From: an uncultured Gammaproteobacteria bacterium
GTDB lineage: Bacteria > Cyanobacteriota > Vampirovibrionia > LMEP-6097
DNA: 64,000 bases
Direction of reading: 5' to 3'
NCBI GenBank assembly: GCA_964551135.1
Contig: CAZKAT010000005.1
Location: 198,522-262,521, forward strand
Each line of letters begins with the position of its first letter. The stretch's first letter is position 1. Under the pieces are notes generated by a model. The model was not told the DNA's origin. It was given only the letters and a program-made list of their open reading frames with translations, and made no database searches. The position numbers were made by a program, and so were the translations under genes. Positions 19,456 through 28,435 of the stretch are shown here, piece after piece.

Positions 19456-20847
19456 GTGAATAAAATGAAAAACAAACTTAGTCTTATAGTCTTTTTATTT
19501 CTAGCAATAATCCTAACAATAAAGCAAGTTCAGGCTGTAGATCCTGCTCCAGCAACTAATTTCATTACTATATACACCACAGTTTTCCATCCGGGCCCAC
19601 AATTATTAGCTAATGGGTCAACAGTGCAATGGGATTTTAATGCGGATGGGACAGTTGATTCTACAGATGTCAATGGCTCATATGTCTTTCCTGGACCTGG
19701 TACTTATAATGTAAAGCTCATTACGACAAATAGTTTAGGAGCTAAAAATAGTACTAAAACAATTACTATAAATGAAACTTTAGTTCTTCCACCTCCACCC
19801 GCTCCTTCAAATTGGATGAACACTGCTTGGAAAGAGCGAGTTAAGCTAACGGTGCCGAGTGGCAAAGTAACTGAAGATTTGATTGATTTCCCTGTTTATA
19901 TAAAACTTGCAGATTTAGGAGATGGTCTCTTTAGTAAAACTAATACAAATTGTGGAGATATTAGAATAACCGACAATACTGGTATTACTGAATTACCAAG
20001 GGAAGTTGTTGCTTGTAATATAACTAATAAAACAGGCGAATTATATTTTAAAGCCAGTTCTTTGAAAACAGCTAGCAATAATGATTTCTATATTTACTAT
20101 GGTAATCCTGCTGCTATTAATTATGATAATACTGCCGTTTATGGAAGAAATAAAGTTTGGACTTCTGATTTTGAGTTAGTTGCTCACTTTGAAGAAAATC
20201 CAGGAACAAGTCTTTTTGTAAATTCTACTGGTGGTATTGGAGGTGCTTATACTAATCTTGGAGGCTTGGCGACATCTGCCGGCTTGGTTGGCAACTCTTT
20301 AGATTGTTCTGCTGTATCTCCTGTCGGATATCTAGACTTAGATCCTTTTAGTGCAAATCAAAGTAGAAATTTTGCCTTCTCTGCTTTTGTTAATTTTAGT
20401 TCAACTGCTGTCCCCCAAGTATTTTTTGAATATGCCACACCTGGCGGGCTCAATACAAGACGTGTAGCTGCTATGTTTAATCCAGGGAAAATCAATTGGA
20501 ATCATAATAATTATGATGGCATCGCAGAGCTTAGTACGACTCTGTCTATAGGCACTTGGTATCATATGAGTATTAATTCTTTAGAAGAAGATAGTGCTCA
20601 TTCAAAACTTAGTACATGGATGGACGGTGTAAGCAACATTTCTAAGCCTGGATATGATTCTGATAATATTACTGCTAATTTAGGAGTCATTTGTGCTAAT
20701 AGACTTTTTGGAGAATCTTATAATGGAAAGATAGACGAATTAAGATTTTATAAGAACTTTAAATCTAATGGCTGGATGATTGCAGAAGACAGTAATTTAA
20801 GATCACCAAGTACTTTTTATATAGTAGGCACTAAAGAGTCATTATAA
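19456..20847 (+). CDS. Secreted protein with a PKD domain, a DUF2341-like domain and a LamG / ConA-like lectin domain.
   Basis: Signal peptide KLSLIVFLFLAIILTIKQVQA (the ATG at 19465 is a likelier start than the GTG at 19456). PKD block VQWDFNADGTVD...GTYNVKLITTNSLG. DUF2341-like segment WKERVKLTVPSGKV...DFPVYIKL...DIRITD...YFKA...DFYIYYGNP. LamG-like W-x-H-x block WYHMSINS...STWMDGV. It is transcribed divergently from the giant gene. Confidence 0.6.
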   Translation: MNKMKNKLSLIVFLFLAIILTIKQVQAVDPAPATNFITIYTTVFHPGPQLLANGSTVQWDFNADGTVDSTDVNGSYVFPGPGTYNVKLITTNSLGAKNSTKTITINETLVLPPPPAPSNWMNTAWKERVKLTVPSGKVTEDLIDFPVYIKLADLGDGLFSKTNTNCGDIRITDNTGITELPREVVACNITNKTGELYFKASSLKTASNNDFYIYYGNPAAINYDNTAVYGRNKVWTSDFELVAHFEENPGTSLFVNSTGGIGGAYTNLGGLATSAGLVGNSLDCSAVSPVGYLDLDPFSANQSRNFAFSAFVNFSSTAVPQVFFEYATPGGLNTRRVAAMFNPGKINWNHNNYDGIAELSTTLSIGTWYHMSINSLEEDSAHSKLSTWMDGVSNISKPGYDSDNITANLGVICANRLFGESYNGKIDELRFYKNFKSNGWMIAEDSNLRSPSTFYIVGTKESL

Positions 20848-20875
20848 GTTTTTTTCTTGTTAATTCTACTATTGA

Positions 20876-21685
20876 TTACATCGTTGTAGACTGAGAGAAA
20901 ACTACTTTAGATTGATAATCAATTTTAGACCACTCATTTTCAGTGCAAGAGAAAAGTTGCTTACGCAGGAAAAGATATTCTAGCAGTAAATAAAGTATTC
21001 TAAATCCCTGCTGGAAAACTTTGGCATTACTGATTTGATCCTCTTCCTTCCAGACTAAAGGAAAAAATTTAAAACTAGATTTTACATGACAACCATAGAA
21101 CAGCATAAACACATTGAAAGTAAGATTATTGGGGAAGTATAAATAAAATTTACTCTTAAGATAGTTAGTACTATATATGTTTAAGCCAGCACCCATATCT
21201 GTAATCCAGTAACCAGTTATCATTGAGCATAATAAATTAAGTCCTATATTGCCCCAGGCTCTTATTAAAGGATAATGGATTAGTTTAGAATTTTTATGAA
21301 ATCTTGATCCTAAGAATGAATCATATGCCTGGTATTCACCACTAGTTAAATGAGGCACAAAATCAGCTACTTCACCTTGATCATCACCATGAAGCACTGC
21401 TACATAATCGTAGCCTTGTATTAATGCGTAATTAAAAGCTACTTTATGAGAACCACCTAAATTATAATTGTCACAATTCTGTAGAAGTGTAGTTTTAACA
21501 TATTTAAGTTTCTCAAGTCCCTGCTGAGCTGCACTTAAACTATTGTCCTTACTACCATTGTCAATGATTACAATTTCAGTAAAAAGCTTTTGTATTTCCT
21601 CACTAAATTTACTAAGAACTCTTGGTATCTGCTTTTCGCAGTTATACATTGGGATAAACAACATGAGCTTAGTTTTACTAGGCAT
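20876..21685 (-). CDS. Family-2 glycosyltransferase (DPM1/ArnC-like). It is a paralog of the ORF at 644..1456 in inverted orientation.
   Basis: LMLFIPMYNCEKQIPRVLSKF, IIDNGSKD and HGDDQG. Collinear with the 644..1456 product at roughly 60% identity. Confidence 0.8.
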   Translation of the reverse strand: MPSKTKLMLFIPMYNCEKQIPRVLSKFSEEIQKLFTEIVIIDNGSKDNSLSAAQQGLEKLKYVKTTLLQNCDNYNLGGSHKVAFNYALIQGYDYVAVLHGDDQGEVADFVPHLTSGEYQAYDSFLGSRFHKNSKLIHYPLIRAWGNIGLNLLCSMITGYWITDMGAGLNIYSTNYLKSKFYLYFPNNLTFNVFMLFYGCHVKSSFKFFPLVWKEEDQISNAKVFQQGFRILYLLLEYLFLRKQLFSCTENEWSKIDYQSKVVFSQSTTM

Positions 21686-21716
21686 AAACAGAAATTATAT
21701 AATACAATTCATATAT

Positions 21717-22214
21717 ATGCAGCCTAAGGTCTTTATTCTTGATGTCGATGGAGTTTTAAATACCGGAAGATTTTTTTATAGCGAACAAGGCAAGATGATG
21801 AAAGAGTTTGGAGCAGATGATAATGATGCTCTATCTTTAATAGATGACTTACTTGAAATTCGTTTTGTAAGCGGTGATAAGAGGGGTTTTGCTATTACTA
21901 AGAAGCGAGTAGAAGAGGATATGAACTATCCTCTTGATCTTGTTAGTACATTTGAACGTATTGACTGGATCAAGAAGCGCTATAATCTTGACGAAGTGAT
22001 ATATATGGGAGATGGAGTTTTTGATTATATGGTCTTTAAAGAGGTCGGTTATAGCATTGCTCCAGCTGCCTCTGATGCTTATACTGCGAAACATGCTGAC
22101 TATATCTGTGAGCGTGCTGGCGGTGATAGGGCTGTAGCAGAAGCTTGTAGGCATTTGATGGATAAATTCTTTGGCGGTTATAATCCTGATAAAATATTGC
22201 AAGTTAGGGAATAA
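21717..22214 (+). CDS. HAD-superfamily subfamily IIIA phosphatase, KdsC-like (ulosonate- or sugar-phosphate phosphatase type).
   Basis: DVDGVLN (HAD motif I), MGDGVFD (motif IV) and the overall KdsC-like length. I moved the start to the ATG at 21717 (MQPKVFILDVDGVL), which removes the overlap with the GT2 gene on the opposite strand. Confidence 0.75.
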   Translation: MQPKVFILDVDGVLNTGRFFYSEQGKMMKEFGADDNDALSLIDDLLEIRFVSGDKRGFAITKKRVEEDMNYPLDLVSTFERIDWIKKRYNLDEVIYMGDGVFDYMVFKEVGYSIAPAASDAYTAKHADYICERAGGDRAVAEACRHLMDKFFGGYNPDKILQVRE

Positions 22215-22265
22215 ACCAAAGGGCAATAAAAAATAGTTCGCTATTATCTTGCCGGCTAAACTATA

Positions 22266-23489
22266 ATGATAAAAGATAGACTTGAAAATTTAATGAAGAA
22301 GAGACGCTGTACTCTACTCGGTGTCGGTCCGATGAGTAAGAATTGTGTTGATGCCACGATAGAGCTTGCTAATGATTATCAAGTACCTTTAATGCTTATT
22401 GCTTCTAGACGTCAGATTGATTCTGAAGCTTTTGGTGGTGGCTATGTTAATAACTGGACTACTGAAGAATATTCTCGTTATGTAATTGATCAGGACAAGA
22501 AGGGTTTTATTATTCTTGCTCGTGATCATGGCGGACCTTGGCAGAATACTATCGAGAAAGAACAGAAGCTGAGTTTAAAGCGCGCTATGGAGTCTGCAAA
22601 GAAATCTTATGAAGCTGACATTCTGTCTGGTTTTGAAGTTATTCATATAGATCCAAGTGAAGATATTTTTGGTAATTCTACAACAGATCAGATACTGGAT
22701 AGAGTTTATGAACTTCTAGAATTTTGTACTAGTGTGGCTCAGAGAGCGAGTAAAGATATAGCTTTTGAAATAGGTACTGAAGAGCAAAGTGGTGGTACTA
22801 ATACTCGCGAGCAACTTGAATATGTTTTGCAGAATGTACTGAGTTTTTGCGATAAGAATAAAATTCAAAGACCTACTTTTATAGTTATACAAACTGGTAC
22901 CAAGGTAATGGAGACTAGGAATGTAGGGACTTTTGATTGGCCGCTGAGAATTACTGGTGAGCTGCCAGCTGAGATTCAAGTGCCGCAGATGATAGAGTTA
23001 TGCAATAAATACAATATATTTATGAAAGAGCATAATACTGATTACCTTTCAGATGAAGCTTTGAGCTGGCATCCTAAGTTTGGTATTCATGCTGCTAACG
23101 TTGCTCCAGAGTTTGGAGTAGAAGAGACTAGAGCTTTCTTGAAACTTTTAGAAGACTATAAGTTACCTAAGCTCACTGATAGATTTATTGATCTGGCTTA
23201 TAACTCTCATAAATGGGATAAGTGGATGTTGCCTAATACTAATGCTGGTAAGCGTGAAAGAGCAATCATTGCTGGTCACTATGTTTTTGCTAAGCCTGAA
23301 TTTCAAGAAATAAAACAAGAAGTACAAAAATCTGCAAAAGATGTAGATATAGATCAATATTTAAAAGATAGAGTTAAATTAAGCATTATGAGATACCTTA
23401 AGGCATTTAGACTTTTAGACATATCTAAATATAGTCTTGGTAATGAAATGCTCATCATGAACAAGCAAGAACAGGAGATTAATATATGA
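22266..23489 (+). CDS. GatZ/KbaZ/AgaZ-family protein (tagatose-bisphosphate aldolase accessory subunit / tagatose-6-phosphate kinase family).
   Basis: N-terminal LLGVGPMSKNCVDATIELAND...LMLIASRRQIDSEAFGGGYVNNWTTEEY...ILARDHGGPWQ follows the GatZ family pattern (SVCSAHP...LIEATSNQV...GGYTGMTP...LGGDHLGP). Confidence 0.6.
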   Translation: MIKDRLENLMKKRRCTLLGVGPMSKNCVDATIELANDYQVPLMLIASRRQIDSEAFGGGYVNNWTTEEYSRYVIDQDKKGFIILARDHGGPWQNTIEKEQKLSLKRAMESAKKSYEADILSGFEVIHIDPSEDIFGNSTTDQILDRVYELLEFCTSVAQRASKDIAFEIGTEEQSGGTNTREQLEYVLQNVLSFCDKNKIQRPTFIVIQTGTKVMETRNVGTFDWPLRITGELPAEIQVPQMIELCNKYNIFMKEHNTDYLSDEALSWHPKFGIHAANVAPEFGVEETRAFLKLLEDYKLPKLTDRFIDLAYNSHKWDKWMLPNTNAGKRERAIIAGHYVFAKPEFQEIKQEVQKSAKDVDIDQYLKDRVKLSIMRYLKAFRLLDISKYSLGNEMLIMNKQEQEINI

Positions 23490-24316
23490 AAAGGACTGCT
23501 ACTATAGTTCTGAATAGAAATCTACCTGAAGTTACTAATAAACTTTGTGAAAACATAGAGAAATATAATTCTGAGTTTACTGATGTATATGTAGTAGAAA
23601 GTGGCTCTAATAAAGATTCTCTGTCTAAATATTGTACTTGGCATGCAGCTTGGCCTGAAGCTATAGAAGAGGGTTTGCGCTATCCAAGAGGTTTTAATTA
23701 TGGTTTACATAAATTATATGAAGAGGGTAAGTTTAAACAATATGATTATTTCTTTCTGGTTTGTAATGATGTAGAGTTTTCTACGCCTAATGTTGTTGAG
23801 GTTCTTGAAGAGGAGATTAATAAGCATCCTAGGCTTGGTATTTTGTCACCATGCTCAGAACAATGGGGAGAAAAAATACTTATAACCGGTAATAATGATG
23901 TGAAATATTTTTGGTATACTCAGTTTCTTTCTTGGTTTGTGAGAAGAGAATTTATCGAAGATATATTACCAATGGAAAATTCAAGTCATCTTAATTTCAT
24001 GTTTGATGGTGCTAATTTTAGAGGTTATGGAGTTGATTTAGAGCTGATAGCTAAAGCTTATGCTAATGATTGGGCTTGTGGTATCACTCCTAGAGCTTGG
24101 CAGACAGAGAATGAATCCTACTTAAAGACTAAGGCTGGGATAATGATGACAGATAGTTATGATATAAACATTCAAAAACTACTTGAAGAAGGTAAGAATT
24201 GGATGCGTAATAAATATGGATTTAATAGTCGCTGGCTAATGCAGATGTATTCTAAGAATTTTTATGATAAGTTTTTTGAACACTATCCTGAATTATTGGA
24301 GTATAGAATTAATTAA
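23486..24316 (+). CDS. Hypothetical protein, possibly a divergent GT2-like glycosyltransferase.
   Basis: TIVLNRNLPEVTN...YVVESGSNKD...FFLVCNDVEF loosely follows GT2 beta-strand and DxD spacing. Its start overlaps the upstream stop by 4 nt. Weak call. Confidence 0.3.
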   Translation: MKRTATIVLNRNLPEVTNKLCENIEKYNSEFTDVYVVESGSNKDSLSKYCTWHAAWPEAIEEGLRYPRGFNYGLHKLYEEGKFKQYDYFFLVCNDVEFSTPNVVEVLEEEINKHPRLGILSPCSEQWGEKILITGNNDVKYFWYTQFLSWFVRREFIEDILPMENSSHLNFMFDGANFRGYGVDLELIAKAYANDWACGITPRAWQTENESYLKTKAGIMMTDSYDINIQKLLEEGKNWMRNKYGFNSRWLMQMYSKNFYDKFFEHYPELLEYRIN

Positions 24317-24318
24317 TT

Positions 24319-24666
24319 ATGGTACAAGTAATAAGTAAACCTTGGGGTAAGGAAGAAGTAATAGAAATTAATGATAAGTATATGATGAAGAAACTTACTA
24401 TGCATAAAGGGCATAGATGTAGTATTCAATACCATAATCATAAGAAAGAAACTATTTATGTACTTGAAGGAATTTTAAATATTTATATTGGTAATAGCGT
24501 TGAAACTCTCACTAAGAAACAGTTTCATCCAGGTGAATCTATAACCATTAGTCCTGGTATTGTACATAGGATGGAAGCTGAATTGGGAGATGCTGTCTAT
24601 CTTGAAGCTTCTACTCCAGAAATGGACGATGTGGTTCGTCTAGTTGATGACTATAAACGCAATTGA
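24319..24666 (+). CDS. Cupin-domain protein (mannose-6-phosphate-isomerase-like or sugar-epimerase-like small cupin).
   Basis: PWGKEEVIE...HKGHRCSIQYHNHKKETIYVLEG...GIVHRMEA has the two-His cupin motifs. It ends with a TGA stop that overlaps the TTG start of the next gene. Confidence 0.6.
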   Translation: MVQVISKPWGKEEVIEINDKYMMKKLTMHKGHRCSIQYHNHKKETIYVLEGILNIYIGNSVETLTKKQFHPGESITISPGIVHRMEAELGDAVYLEASTPEMDDVVRLVDDYKRN

Positions 24667-26237
24667 GCTATAAAGTATTAATTCCTACTGCCGGTACTGG
24701 GTCGCGCTTAGCTGATCTTACTAAAAATATAAATAAATCTCTGGTTGCTATTGCTAATAAACCCTGTATCTCACATATTGTAGAAAAATTTCCTAAAGAG
24801 ATAGTGATTGTTATTGCTCTTGGTTATAAGGGTGAACTAGTTAAAGAGTATTTAGAATTAGCTCATTATGATCGTAAGTTTGAGTTTGTAGAAGTAAGTC
24901 CATATGAAGGTGAAGGATCAGGATTAGGTTTGAGCGTGCTTAGATGTAAAGAATATTTGCAATGTCCTTTTGTTTTCTGTTCTTGTGACACCATTGTGGA
25001 TGAAGAGATAGCAGCTCCAGATAGTAATTGGATGGCTTATGCTCAGATAGATGGTCCTGTAGATCAATACCGCACTGTTCTAGTAGAGTCTGGCAAAGTC
25101 TTAAAATTATTAGAGAAGGGAAACAAGGAAAAGAATATTTATCCCTATATAGGACTTGCTGGAATCCATGACTATAAGAGCTTTTGGCAAGCTATGGAAG
25201 CTGGTGATAATGAGGCTATTACTATTGGTGAGAGTTATGGGTTAAGACAATTAGAAAATATTCATGCTTATAAGTTTACTTGGCACGATACTGGTAATCT
25301 TGAGGCTTTAAACAAGGTTCGTGATAAATTTCATGATCTGGATGGTCCTAATATATTAGAAAAACCTACAGAGGCAATTTGGTTTGCTAATGATAGGGTA
25401 ATTAAATTTAATACAGATACTAAATTTATTTCCGACAGAGTCAAACGTACTCAGGTTCTGGGTGATTTTGTGCCGAAAATTATCCAAGCTACAGAACATA
25501 TGTACTGTTATAGAGAAGTCCAAGGCGAAGTACTTTCTAAGATTATCAATTTAAAAATTTTCGAAAACTTACTTAATTATTCTCAAAAATTTTGGAACTC
25601 AACTCCAACTAAACCTAAAAAATTAAGTCCAGAAAAACAAAAATATTTTAAAGATATCTGCACTGATTTCTATAAGATCAAAACATTTCAAAGAGTTGAG
25701 CAATATTACAAAACTTTTGGCAATACTGACAAAGAAGAAAGTATTAATGGTATAAAACATCCAAGCACTAAAACTTTACTTGAAAACCTAGACTGGGACT
25801 GGATTAGCAATGGACTACCTGGTAATTTTCATGGTGATTTTCATTTTGAGAATATTTTATATGATAAAGATGCTCACAAGTTCACTTTTCTTGATTGGAG
25901 ACAAAATTTTGGTGGCGAGATTGAATATGGAGACGTCTATTATGATTTGGGTAAGCTAAATCATGGCATAATCGTTTCCCATGAATTAATAGCAAAAGAC
26001 TTATATGAGGTTAGCATTAATGGTAATGAAGTTAGATATGACCTACATCGTAAGCAGATTTTAGTAGAATGTGAGAGATTCTTTAAAGAATATTTAGAAG
26101 CTAATAGCTATGATTATCAGAAAGTCTATGTAATGACGGCACTAATCTATCTTAATATTGCAGCATTACATCATTATCCTTATTGTCATTTGCTTTATTA
26201 TTTAGGTAAGAGCATGTTGGCTAAGGCTGCGGACTAG
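24663..26237 (+). CDS. Bifunctional N-terminal nucleotidyltransferase fused to a C-terminal APH/ChoK/AmgK-like kinase.
   Basis: N-terminal LIPTAGTGSRLADLT is the canonical AGxGxRL nucleotidyltransferase motif. C-terminal HGDFHFENILYD...FLDWRQNFGG has the Brenner HGDxxxxN motif plus the DW metal-binding segment. It uses a TTG start at 24663 overlapping the upstream TGA stop. Confidence 0.7.
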   Translation: MSYKVLIPTAGTGSRLADLTKNINKSLVAIANKPCISHIVEKFPKEIVIVIALGYKGELVKEYLELAHYDRKFEFVEVSPYEGEGSGLGLSVLRCKEYLQCPFVFCSCDTIVDEEIAAPDSNWMAYAQIDGPVDQYRTVLVESGKVLKLLEKGNKEKNIYPYIGLAGIHDYKSFWQAMEAGDNEAITIGESYGLRQLENIHAYKFTWHDTGNLEALNKVRDKFHDLDGPNILEKPTEAIWFANDRVIKFNTDTKFISDRVKRTQVLGDFVPKIIQATEHMYCYREVQGEVLSKIINLKIFENLLNYSQKFWNSTPTKPKKLSPEKQKYFKDICTDFYKIKTFQRVEQYYKTFGNTDKEESINGIKHPSTKTLLENLDWDWISNGLPGNFHGDFHFENILYDKDAHKFTFLDWRQNFGGEIEYGDVYYDLGKLNHGIIVSHELIAKDLYEVSINGNEVRYDLHRKQILVECERFFKEYLEANSYDYQKVYVMTALIYLNIAALHHYPYCHLLYYLGKSMLAKAAD

Positions 26238-28434
26238 GCAATGCTTGTGTTGTGGCATATATGGCTATAGCTTTATCGGATTTAAGCAATAGTTCCCTGG
26301 CTTTCCCTAAATCAAATTGGGATTGTTCTCTACTTGGAAAAATGAACTTACCATGTTCAGAGTCGAATTGATGGAATTCTCTCGTGGCATCTTGGTAACC
26401 AAGTATCCAAACATAATCGTCATTTGCATATTGATTAATTTTTTCTGTTGTGGCAACAAATTTATACAATCGATACTCGTAAGGTGCTTTATCTGGTATC
26501 TTATCTACTAATTTGAATAAGTTCGGATCTTCAAGCCTTTTCTCTGCTGCCTTAGATAAGGCATTGTTTTTATGAATTAAAATAAAATCTACTCTCAATT
26601 CCTCTAATAGTCTAGGGTTCAAAGTATAAAGAGCTGTTTTTTGCGTAGTATATTCAGGCTTAAGTAATACTCCACCTATATCATAGAACCCTGCGATAAG
26701 CGGACAATCATAAGCCCATGGGATTTGATCTTCGTCATAATGTAGTATTACTCTGCCAGATCTTTGATTAGACTTGAGCATTTTAACTAAGCTTCTTTCA
26801 GTCTTGTTGAATCGATATCCAGTTATCGCAAATCTCTCATTTGGGATGAAATTTGCTAAGCCAGGTAATAAAGAAATTACAAGGCAAACAGGTAAAATGA
26901 ATCGTAGAATTTTTCTCTTGCTGAAAAATTTAAATTCTTTTTCTAAAGCATATAAGCTTATTGCAACAAAAATCATTGCATAAAGCTTAGCTGGGAATAG
27001 GAACCGAGTTAATTCAATAGGTGCAATGCAAAATTCAAAAAGGAAAACTGGAGCAAGGCTGACTAGAGAAGATAGCATTAAAAGTTTTTGTATGAAACTT
27101 AATGATCGTTTTTTGTACCCCCAAATAAATAGAAATATGACTAAGGCTAAGAGGATCATGAAACCAAATTCTCTAAAGGATAAAGAAGAAAACAAAGGTA
27201 CTTCGAATTTATATCTGCCAGCCCTTTCTTCGTAACTTTTGCCTAAGCTAAATAAATACTCGGGCTTATAGAAATAACTTAAATAGCGTAGATAGCCTAC
27301 AGTCCAAGTTAAGTGTGGTTTAAAGCTCATAGCTTCAATACCGTTGATTTTAGATTGACTGCCAGTGAACGTAAGGAGTTTTCCAAGACAAATCATTACG
27401 AAAAATATAACTGTCGGGTTTTGAAAAATTGTTTGAATTTTATTGATGCTTTGTATACTGAAATTAAATAGGAATTTTATTACAAAATAACTAGCTCCTA
27501 GTGTTAATAAGTAGGCTGGGAAAATAAAATAAGACATAAAGGAAACACCTAGAACAGATAAGTAGAAATAGAAGTTTTGTTGTTGATTAGATTCTAATTG
27601 AATGGTCTGTAAAATCAATATGAGTAGATATACTAGACCAAAGAGTATAGGTAGGCTATTAGAACAGCCAGATAAAGCATCAGTTGAAACTTGAGAATTC
27701 ATTAGCCAATCTTTAATGAATTCAAAAAGTTCATATTGCTTCATATTCAATATTTCCCGTACAAGAAAGTCCAGTGAATTAATTGAAGTGAATAATATTA
27801 TTGAAATGCAGGCAAGTAATGAATATTTTTTATTTTCAGCGTCAGAATTAATAATTTTGAAAAGTAATATGGGCAGTAAGAAAGCTGCTATGGCTAATTG
27901 AGCTCCATTTAATGTAAAAGGATCAATATTCTTAGCAAATATTTGAAAGAAAGCACCCACAAGATCAATACCATAATGATAAAAGTTAAAAACTATATCC
28001 TTATTTATTAGAAGTCTAGGAGGGTAATAATCATTCATCGCTATATTTGCCGAATATGCCAGATGTTGTGCGTCACCAATATTCATGAGCTGATTGCGAA
28101 GAAAGCATAATAAGGATAGAAGCATAGAGACTAGTATTAGGATGATCTCGCCTAATTCTGGTTTATTGATTGCAAATGTATTACGATAATTTTTCAGAGC
28201 GAAAACGGCTAAAACTAGCATTGGTATTAAAACAAAATACATAGCTTGCGTGAAGCTGTGTATTAATAAGGCAAGTAAATGCGAAGCTAATATGAATTGC
28301 GATAAGCCAATTAAAATAGAGAGACAAATGAAACTAATTAGTGAACTCTTGAGGTTAGAATTGGATTTTTTATAAATCCAAGCCCCATTGATAAAGATCA
28401 GTCCTAGGACTAGTATTAGGACTATAGAGCTCAT
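26221..28434 (-). CDS. Large polytopic membrane protein (737 aa) with a C-terminal soluble domain. Putative GT-C-like glycosyltransferase or polymerase, one of the paralog family.
   Basis: Many hydrophobic helices in the first ~500 aa. Loop motif NDYYPPRLLINKDIVFNFYHYGIDLVG. The C-terminal domain NPRLLEELRVDFILIHKNNALSKAAEKRLEDPNLFKL is collinear with the 30103..32400 product. Confidence 0.5.
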   Translation of the reverse strand: MSSIVLILVLGLIFINGAWIYKKSNSNLKSSLISFICLSILIGLSQFILASHLLALLIHSFTQAMYFVLIPMLVLAVFALKNYRNTFAINKPELGEIILILVSMLLSLLCFLRNQLMNIGDAQHLAYSANIAMNDYYPPRLLINKDIVFNFYHYGIDLVGAFFQIFAKNIDPFTLNGAQLAIAAFLLPILLFKIINSDAENKKYSLLACISIILFTSINSLDFLVREILNMKQYELFEFIKDWLMNSQVSTDALSGCSNSLPILFGLVYLLILILQTIQLESNQQQNFYFYLSVLGVSFMSYFIFPAYLLTLGASYFVIKFLFNFSIQSINKIQTIFQNPTVIFFVMICLGKLLTFTGSQSKINGIEAMSFKPHLTWTVGYLRYLSYFYKPEYLFSLGKSYEERAGRYKFEVPLFSSLSFREFGFMILLALVIFLFIWGYKKRSLSFIQKLLMLSSLVSLAPVFLFEFCIAPIELTRFLFPAKLYAMIFVAISLYALEKEFKFFSKRKILRFILPVCLVISLLPGLANFIPNERFAITGYRFNKTERSLVKMLKSNQRSGRVILHYDEDQIPWAYDCPLIAGFYDIGGVLLKPEYTTQKTALYTLNPRLLEELRVDFILIHKNNALSKAAEKRLEDPNLFKLVDKIPDKAPYEYRLYKFVATTEKINQYANDDYVWILGYQDATREFHQFDSEHGKFIFPSREQSQFDLGKARELLLKSDKAIAIYATTQALPSPQP

Positions 28435-28435
28435 T

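Noticed and set aside
19896-23357. Antisense ORFs at 19896-20078, 21849-22226, 22716-22979 and 23163-23357.
   Set aside because: Each is embedded in, and antisense to, a longer ORF with recognisable motifs (the PKD-LamG, KdsC-like and GatZ-like proteins). They have no motifs of their own.
26317-27901. Four 61-69-aa plus-strand ORFs lie inside the 737-aa membrane-protein gene. ORFs at 31563-31817, 33676-33876, 34126-34332, 38374-38623 and 41157-41399 are similar.
   Set aside because: They are antisense or out of frame within confident longer genes. They are short, with no start context and no motifs.
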